Below are positions 58,004 to 64,000 of a DNA stretch of 64,000 bases, piece after piece. The position numbers and the translations under genes are program-made. This DNA comes from Escherichia phage vB_EcoM_phAPEC6. Position 1 is the stretch's first letter. Every line of letters begins with the position of its first letter. Where the stretch lies: the sequence record MK817115.1; one strand, 5' to 3'. The notes under the pieces were generated by a model that did not search any database, had not been told where the DNA came from, and worked only from the letters and a program-made list of their open reading frames with translations.

Positions 58004-58320
58004 ATTTCACATGGTTTAGCCGGAACAGGAATTCCATCTTTACTTATCCGTGCAATCAGTAAAGTATGAACATCAGCACGAGCAGCCAGTAAACATGAAA
58101 TTTCAGCATGAAGAAACTCACCTTGCGGTCGCCCAGCACGAATGGCGAAACCCTTCTGTACTGGGTGAGTCTGTGTATAAGAATTTGTGCGAGTTGCCAG
58201 TACTCTACCTTTTTTATCAAGTGCACGAGCAATAACACGATACCGTTTGTAATTTCCTACTTGTTCAATAGGTGGCATCTGGCGTAATTCTTCGATTAGT
58301 TTCTCCAATTTACTATTCAT
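57952..58320 (-). CDS. Small CDA-fold zinc-dependent deaminase
   Basis: HAE...PCxxC signature: HAEISCLLAA and PCEICSLAI; 122 aa. Confidence 0.55.
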   Translation of the reverse strand: MNSKLEKLIEELRQMPPIEQVGNYKRYRVIARALDKKGRVLATRTNSYTQTHPVQKGFAIRAGRPQGEFLHAEISCLLAARADVHTLLIARISKDGIPVPAKPCEICSLAIKEYGVKEIIHT

Positions 58321-58943
58321 AAGTCTAAGTCTATACCCTTTTCAATAGATTTCTCTAGAACCCAAAGTTTACATTCTTCACTCTCCAAATGTATCTTTGC
58401 CTCTTTCTGTTGTTCTATTGTACAAGACATTATGAATTCACGCAAGGCTTCTATCGTATTTTTTAAATTTTTTATATCATCGATGATTTTTTCTTTGGTT
58501 TCTTCATCGATTACACATGAACTCCAACTGTGTCGTTCCTCCCAAACAGTTTTAGTAGGATTAAAAATTGATGGAGTAGATTTGAATGCATGGATCTTAT
58601 TAAATGTGTTATCTGCTTCTTGTTGGGTGTAATCACCATATGTGTTTAGCACATTTTTGTATAATTTATCAATCGCCTCTTCATACGTATCACCACCACA
58701 ATCCAATTGATAATCATGTGCTTGTACCCATTCGTCGTCTTGCTCAATATACATTGGTGAAAGAAATTCTACCCAAAATTGAGTCTTTGTATTCAATGCT
58801 TTGAAATCTTCAATTCGATTTGTCATTGGACACACATCATGAGGTTCTATATCAATCCTAGCTGGAACCATATCTTTGTTTATGAATTTAGGATGAGCCA
58901 AAATCCACCAGTACTTTTCAGATGTAGTCATAGTAATCTCCAA
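58317..58943 (-). CDS. Hypothetical protein
   Basis: 208-aa ORF. Confidence 0.45.
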   Translation of the reverse strand: MEITMTTSEKYWWILAHPKFINKDMVPARIDIEPHDVCPMTNRIEDFKALNTKTQFWVEFLSPMYIEQDDEWVQAHDYQLDCGGDTYEEAIDKLYKNVLNTYGDYTQQEADNTFNKIHAFKSTPSIFNPTKTVWEERHSWSSCVIDEETKEKIIDDIKNLKNTIEALREFIMSCTIEQQKEAKIHLESEECKLWVLEKSIEKGIDLDL

Positions 58944-58977
58944 TTAAAAAGTACTGCCCACTGTGGTAGTACTGATA

Positions 58978-59337
58978 TTAAATGTAACGTTTCTTTTTAT
59001 AATCATACCCTACTGCTTTGTAAAAATCAAACAAAGAAGCATGTTCAAATGTAGGTAATAAGTCATATGGGTGCTGATAGTTCGCAATACCAACAATAGC
59101 CAGCATTGATTCAGCAGTTCTTACGTTCTCACTATCCCATTCATCCAAACGCCACAGTGAGCAAAGTACCTCTCGTTCATGTTGCTTACCCAGAAAGAAT
59201 CCAGCTTCACGGTCACGAAATGCACCTACACTTATAGTACTTTTGTACCAGTCTTTTTCACCATATAATGGCATACGGATAATATGTTTTTCTTTAGCTT
59301 CTCCAAAGCGATGAAGAAATGCTACATAATCACTCAT
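58978..59337 (-). CDS. Hypothetical protein
   Basis: 119-aa ORF. Confidence 0.45.
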   Translation of the reverse strand: MSDYVAFLHRFGEAKEKHIIRMPLYGEKDWYKSTISVGAFRDREAGFFLGKQHEREVLCSLWRLDEWDSENVRTAESMLAIVGIANYQHPYDLLPTFEHASLFDFYKAVGYDYKKKRYI

Positions 59338-59504
59338 AATTTATAACCCATTACAGGTTTGGTATGTTCCGGTTCGTAAGACTTTTCAGTACTGAACCCG
59401 CTGAAATTACCACGATCTGGATTCGGGCAAGCCATCCCTTGTACTGAATGCTTACCCTTATCTTTGCCACAATTTTTACATTTGTAGTCAATTACTTCTT
59501 TCAT
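59334..59504 (-). CDS. Small Cys-containing protein (56 aa), not in ORF track
   Basis: Hand-translated MKEVIDYKCKNCGKDKGKHSVQGMACPNPDRG...; ATGA overlaps at both ends. Confidence 0.4.
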   Translation of the reverse strand: MKEVIDYKCKNCGKDKGKHSVQGMACPNPDRGNFSGFSTEKSYEPEHTKPVMGYKL

Positions 59505-59734
59505 TGTGCATCCTTCGGAACAGTATTAAGACGTTTGCGATTCACAATCTTCCTGCACATGAGATTAAGATCTTGCCCATGACGCATAGTATGACATGCG
59601 TATAGTGTTCCTTGGTGATTTAGTTTTGTTAAACCTTGACGGATGATTTCAGCATCCATCTCATCAACTTTAGGAGCACAACCACAGAGAATAATGGATA
59701 CAAATATTGTTAATGTAATGAATATATTTTTCAT
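59501..59734 (-). CDS. Small lipoprotein
   Basis: Signal peptide plus lipobox ILCGC. Confidence 0.45.
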   Translation of the reverse strand: MKNIFITLTIFVSIILCGCAPKVDEMDAEIIRQGLTKLNHQGTLYACHTMRHGQDLNLMCRKIVNRKRLNTVPKDAQ

Positions 59735-59746
59735 GATATTTTTTTC

Positions 59747-60127
59747 TCATTTAGTAAAACACGAATTATTACTGATAAGTTCATCAAGTACGTTTTGTAC
59801 TTCGATAGAATTAATATCAACTTTGTAATAATTATAGTTTTTAACTCTAAAATGTTCTTTTGATATATCAACTTTAAATTCAATAATATCAAGATTACCA
59901 ATAAAATCAGACTTATCAGTTCTTAAATCCAAAATACCTAATTCCGGTTTTTGTGGTTTACATAAAATCAAACCAAATTTATTTTCTTCAAATGCCTGAT
60001 TAAACATATCATAATAATCACTAATAACAAATCTAATATTATCAGTGCTTAACTTTCCTGATTTTCCTTTTTTATAAACAGAAACAATGTTTAGTTCAAA
60101 GGTTTTACCAAAGCGTGTGATTTTCAT
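59747..60127 (-). CDS. Hypothetical protein
   Basis: 126-aa ORF. Confidence 0.45.
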   Translation of the reverse strand: MKITRFGKTFELNIVSVYKKGKSGKLSTDNIRFVISDYYDMFNQAFEENKFGLILCKPQKPELGILDLRTDKSDFIGNLDIIEFKVDISKEHFRVKNYNYYKVDINSIEVQNVLDELISNNSCFTK

Positions 60128-61095
60128 TTTGGGCTATAACCACTTTTAATTTTGGAAATTACTTTCTTCTCGAAGAACTTACGTGCTTCTTCAATAGTTT
60201 CGAATTCTTCACCATCAGTAGTACTGGTTTTACCAATAGCACCGTACTCAATAATTACTTCACACACTGGAGCATTCAATTCAATATTATAGAATTTGTT
60301 TGAAGAACCGTGAACATATTCCAAATGAACATTATCAGGAATGTTCTGTACATAATCATAGTTCTTGAAGATAATATCAATCATATTTTCTTCGCCGCGA
60401 TCAGGAAATAGTTCAGTATTATTCAGTACTAAACGCTGTGCAGCACGGAACATATCAAAATATTGTTCGCCTTTTTTCAGTTCTTTTGTATCAGAACAGA
60501 AATGACCATAATATTCTACATAATCATTCCAAGGATAAATTCCTTCATCAGCAGTTTCAAAAACGTAAGTTTCATCTTGTGGAACTTTAAAACCACGAGT
60601 TTTTGGATGAGAAATTAAGCACAGTGAAATATTATGACCGATATCTGAATCATCAGTAATACTACCACCAACCATATGAACAACATTTTTAATACGTTCA
60701 AAATCTACATCTTCAATTTCATGATACATTAAATGTTCTTCAATATTACTTACTAGTAATGAATTACCATTTCCGGCATCGAATTCAAAAATGAAAAGTT
60801 CTACACAATCTTCTTCTTTCATTTCAATAGTATCACTGAGTTTAATATACTCATTTTTTAATTGTTCAATATTTTCATGAGAACCAAAACTATAACGTGA
60901 ACTGATATAACTACTACCGTCCAACCATCCCATATCCCAAGGTTCTTCTGACATGTATTCTGAGCTATAGAAATGAGTCAAATCATCTCTCTGAGTACAA
61001 ACCGTAAGAGAGCGAACATTATTAAGACCTTGAACTTCAAGATTCAGTACTGTAGTATTGCCAATTTTTTGTTCAGAAATAATTTTAGTTTTCAT
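60124..61095 (-). CDS. Hypothetical protein with C-terminal WGR-like segment
   Basis: C-terminus KFYNIELN...EYGAIGKTSTTDGEEFETIEEARKFFEKKVISKIKSGY resembles WGR-domain pattern (Y.I.L...WGRIG...F...A...F...K...GY). Confidence 0.4.
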   Translation of the reverse strand: MKTKIISEQKIGNTTVLNLEVQGLNNVRSLTVCTQRDDLTHFYSSEYMSEEPWDMGWLDGSSYISSRYSFGSHENIEQLKNEYIKLSDTIEMKEEDCVELFIFEFDAGNGNSLLVSNIEEHLMYHEIEDVDFERIKNVVHMVGGSITDDSDIGHNISLCLISHPKTRGFKVPQDETYVFETADEGIYPWNDYVEYYGHFCSDTKELKKGEQYFDMFRAAQRLVLNNTELFPDRGEENMIDIIFKNYDYVQNIPDNVHLEYVHGSSNKFYNIELNAPVCEVIIEYGAIGKTSTTDGEEFETIEEARKFFEKKVISKIKSGYSPK

Positions 61096-61108
61096 TTAAA
61101 ATACCTAT

Positions 61109-61190
61109 TGAATTGATTTACGCCATTTGGCTAGTTTAACATTCATGTAAGTAAGGAACTCACGTTCCATCTCTTCTGAACTCATATTAT
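61109..61190 (-). pseudogene. Truncated duplicate of the 3' end of gene 61227-61877
   Basis: Minus-strand mini-ORF MSSEEMEREFLTYMNVKLAKWRKSIQ parallels upstream C-terminus SAEEVEREFITRVQIALFQSKK; DNA repeat GAACTCACG(T/C)TC...TCTTC. Confidence 0.35.
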
Positions 61191-61226
61191 CGCATTGCAA
61201 AGCGAACATGTCAAGTGTACATCATC

Positions 61227-61877
61227 CTACTTTTTCGATTGGAACAATGCAATCTGTACGCGTGTAATGAACTCACGCTCTACTTCTTCAGCACTGTGTC
61301 CTTCATATTGTGTCTTGAAAAGTTCCATTGCTTTTAGTGCCATCTGTACAGAAATGTCTGTAATACTTTCAGTACTGGTACTTTCAAATACATTTTTGAG
61401 GCTTAGTTCATCATCACTAACAACATTAACTTCAACTGGGGTGTTGTTTTGTTCATCAATGTAACGTAAAGCTTTGTACTCTGCTTTTGTTAGATTTTCA
61501 TACCAACGTGGGTGGTGGAACAAATCATGCATTGTAACTTTTGCTGCTTCCATGAGAAGTAATAGCTCTTCATTTCGGCGAATATGTTTTTCTTCACCTT
61601 TATGATTTTTGTAAGTATATGCACAACGCATAATGGCTAATCGAACTTCACCTGCTTTGGTGATAGTGTATGAATGTATTGCATTATCATAATCACTTTC
61701 CCATTTCTGACCAGCATATTCGTACCAAAGTTCATTAGTTTCCCATTTAATGAAATCAAATTCTAACAAACTGTCAATCAACTTAGCCAAATTACCACTG
61801 TACTCACGGCTAATGATATTGAAACCACCATTGTACTTTGCAAGGTACAGAATCTTTTCTTGAGTTACATTTTTCAT
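61227..61877 (-). CDS. Hypothetical protein
   Basis: 216-aa ORF; a duplicated fragment of its 3' end lies just downstream. Confidence 0.45.
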   Translation of the reverse strand: MKNVTQEKILYLAKYNGGFNIISREYSGNLAKLIDSLLEFDFIKWETNELWYEYAGQKWESDYDNAIHSYTITKAGEVRLAIMRCAYTYKNHKGEEKHIRRNEELLLLMEAAKVTMHDLFHHPRWYENLTKAEYKALRYIDEQNNTPVEVNVVSDDELSLKNVFESTSTESITDISVQMALKAMELFKTQYEGHSAEEVEREFITRVQIALFQSKK

Positions 61878-62215
61878 TACATGTAATCCTTGATGTATTT
61901 TAGCAGTTTAGATTTCTCTTCGGTACTTAATGATTTCTTGTTCATTAAGTGTTTCATTTCTTGACGTTCAATTTCTTCACATCTTTTAGATTCAGCTTCA
62001 ATTCGTGTATTATATTCTTCGTCAGTTTCTTCTCTGGTCCAAATTACATTGTATCCATGAAAACCGCCGTAACCACCGTCGGGGGAAAGACTAATGGGAC
62101 CGTTATATTCAGCACGATACTTATTAAGAGTGTCAATAAAGGTATCAATGCCACACGGTTCAATTTCAATATAACCAATCACTACAGTAACGTCAATTTT
62201 GTTCATAAAGTTCAC
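61877..62215 (-). CDS. Hypothetical protein
   Basis: 112-aa ORF. Confidence 0.45.
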   Translation of the reverse strand: MNFMNKIDVTVVIGYIEIEPCGIDTFIDTLNKYRAEYNGPISLSPDGGYGGFHGYNVIWTREETDEEYNTRIEAESKRCEEIERQEMKHLMNKKSLSTEEKSKLLKYIKDYM

Positions 62216-62233
62216 CTATAAAATTAGGGAGCA

Positions 62234-62791
62234 TTAGCTCCCTTTGTATTGATGTTTACGTTTAGTACTGTATTTCCAGCCAGTACTGTGTCTTGTTCTG
62301 ATATCGTCCCAATACGATGGTAATGAACGCATCTTACGTCTTCCACGTATTTCAGGTTCCCCCTCATCCTTCAGTACTGCACAAGCCATACGACGCTCTT
62401 GCTGAGTCTTAGGACGCTTGTATCGGGAGTGGTTATGTTTGTACATATACGAACGCTTATGTCGCCATTCCTTATCACGAGCTTTACGTTTATGTTCCCA
62501 GTACTCATTATAGAGTATCATGTATTCACCCATAAGTAAATCAGGAGATACAAGTAATCCTTTTTCAGTACAAAGATAATAACCCACAAACTTTTCTGGA
62601 AACATTTCGTAATAGAAACGGTTCTTCCAAAATGTTTCACGATTCTTTTTGTTGAATTCAGCTAAATCGAATTTCATCTTACTGTGGAAACGGTCTATAC
62701 CGTCATGTTCCGCAATGTACTCTAACAGATTATCAATAATCTCAACTTTACCAGAATCGTGATACAACGTAAATGTTTGGTCAAAAAACAT
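62234..62791 (-). CDS. Hypothetical basic protein
   Basis: 185 aa, Arg/Lys-rich C-terminus. Confidence 0.45.
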   Translation of the reverse strand: MFFDQTFTLYHDSGKVEIIDNLLEYIAEHDGIDRFHSKMKFDLAEFNKKNRETFWKNRFYYEMFPEKFVGYYLCTEKGLLVSPDLLMGEYMILYNEYWEHKRKARDKEWRHKRSYMYKHNHSRYKRPKTQQERRMACAVLKDEGEPEIRGRRKMRSLPSYWDDIRTRHSTGWKYSTKRKHQYKGS

Positions 62792-62884
62792 ATGAAATCT
62801 CCTTTAAGTTAAAATAACCTAATGGAAAGTCATTCTTCCTTTAATACATGTTCTCATGATTTGTTCCTTTTGTCAAGATATAGA

Positions 62885-62913
62885 TATAAAAAATCCCTGC
62901 CAAAAGACAGGGA
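62885..62913 (-). terminator. Intrinsic terminator
   Basis: TCCCTG-loop-CAGGGA with UUUUUU on minus strand. Confidence 0.45.
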
Positions 62914-63017
62914 CGAAAAACTGAAATAACACATGGAGTTCTTTTTAATTTAATAAAAAGTATTATTATTCTTATAAAAGTATTTATTAAGAACTCCACA
63001 ATATGGCTTCAAATGAA

Positions 63018-63206
63018 TCAAAAACCTTTCTGAGCTACTAGTTCACGGTACTGTGCACGAGTTAGTACACCTTGTTTGCGTAGAGCTTGTAGACCGGATA
63101 GGGTTTCACTCTTACGTTGTTCGTACATACGTTGTTCTTTAGATTGAATAACTTTCTCTTTCTTAACTTTTGCTACTGGTTCTTTTTTCTTAGGTTGTTT
63201 AGCCAT
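63018..63206 (-). CDS. Small basic protein
   Basis: 62-aa Lys-rich ORF. Confidence 0.35.
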   Translation of the reverse strand: MAKQPKKKEPVAKVKKEKVIQSKEQRMYEQRKSETLSGLQALRKQGVLTRAQYRELVAQKGF

Positions 63207-63274
63207 TTTATATCTCCTTCTGTATTATGATAACAACATTATATCATGTATGGGACATTATGTCCCATACAATA

Positions 63275-64000
63275 TTACATATTTTCTTCAGCAAATTCTG
63301 CAAGTGGTGAACGAACAACACCTTCTAGTTCGATGACACGACAACCTGCCCAATCTTTAAACTTCTCAGTTACATATGTCAAACCACTGTTAACAGGACT
63401 AATAAACTTACTGTCAATCTGACTCAAGTTACCCATAATTACTACTTTACAGTTTAATCCTGCTCGTGTCAAGATTGTTTTGGCTTGTGCAGGTGTAATG
63501 TTTTGGAATTCATCAACTACTAGAATAGTGTTGGTGAATGAACGTCCACGTACAAAGTTTAGTGCTTTAAATTGAATAACATTACGTTTCATAATCTCTT
63601 CAATACTACCTTGAGGGTTAGCATCATCTTTATGAAGAAACTCTAACGCGTCAATTGCGGCTCCACAGAATGGAATCACTTTTTCTGCTTCTGAACCTGG
63701 CAAGAAACCAATATCTTCAAACTGTGAGTCTTGAGTTTTAGAGAAGATGATTCGGTCGTATTTACGTTTTTCCAGTACTAATTCTAATGCAGTAGCAATC
63801 GTAATTAGTGTTTTACCAGTACCAGCAGAACCTAGCAGTACTGTTAGATGTACATCAGGATCGAGAATACTGTTGATGGCGAGTGCTTGTTGGATATTCT
63901 TTGCTTTAATATCCCATACTTTAGCACGTAAAGCTACTGATTGTCCAATATCTTGGAATACCAAAATATCTTCTGGTGTTAGTGTTCCATCATCTTCCTC
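63275..64000 (-). CDS. phoH: PhoH-like ATPase, 5' partial (frame open to window end)
   Basis: Walker A LGSAGTGKT, Walker B VVDEFQN; reading frame continues upstream past nt 64000. Confidence 0.8.
   Translation of the reverse strand, partial: EEDDGTLTPEDILVFQDIGQSVALRAKVWDIKAKNIQQALAINSILDPDVHLTVLLGSAGTGKTLITIATALELVLEKRKYDRIIFSKTQDSQFEDIGFLPGSEAEKVIPFCGAAIDALEFLHKDDANPQGSIEEIMKRNVIQFKALNFVRGRSFTNTILVVDEFQNITPAQAKTILTRAGLNCKVVIMGNLSQIDSKFISPVNSGLTYVTEKFKDWAGCRVIELEGVVRSPLAEFAEENM

Overview
This 64 kb window reads as a contiguous piece of a large, AT-rich, virulent myovirus genome (T4-like or jumbo-phage-like gene content); no cellular housekeeping genes, rRNA, tRNA or CRISPR arrays were recognised. 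Layout: (i) 1-5.5 kb, plus strand: three fibre-like structural genes, the first running off the window edge; (ii) 5.5-64 kb, almost entirely minus strand and tightly packed with overlapping start/stop codons. Recognisable modules are nucleotide metabolism (thymidylate synthase, dNMP kinase, anaerobic RNR NrdD/NrdG, glutaredoxin, PhoH), a MoxR AAA+ ATPase / VWA-metallopeptidase pair behind two consensus sigma70-type early promoters, a late structural block (tail sheath, two paralogous tube-like proteins, three paralogous fibre genes, a 929-aa aromatic-rich protein), lysis functions (LysM + T4-lysozyme-like endolysin with an N-terminal membrane anchor, candidate spanin pair), and a long run of small early-type ORFs. 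Candidate host-takeover or counter-defence functions include a macro domain, NUDIX hydrolase, CCA-adding tRNA nucleotidyltransferase, ribosome hibernation factor (HPF/RaiA) homologue, 2H phosphoesterase (Acb1-like), CDA-fold deaminase, Pol-beta-type nucleotidyltransferase and an HNH endonuclease. The most unusual feature is a roughly 690 bp ORF-free, GC-enriched island (37442-38131) with repeated hairpin modules, a candidate structured non-coding RNA locus. All functional calls rest on motif recognition by eye from the translations; none was confirmed by database search.
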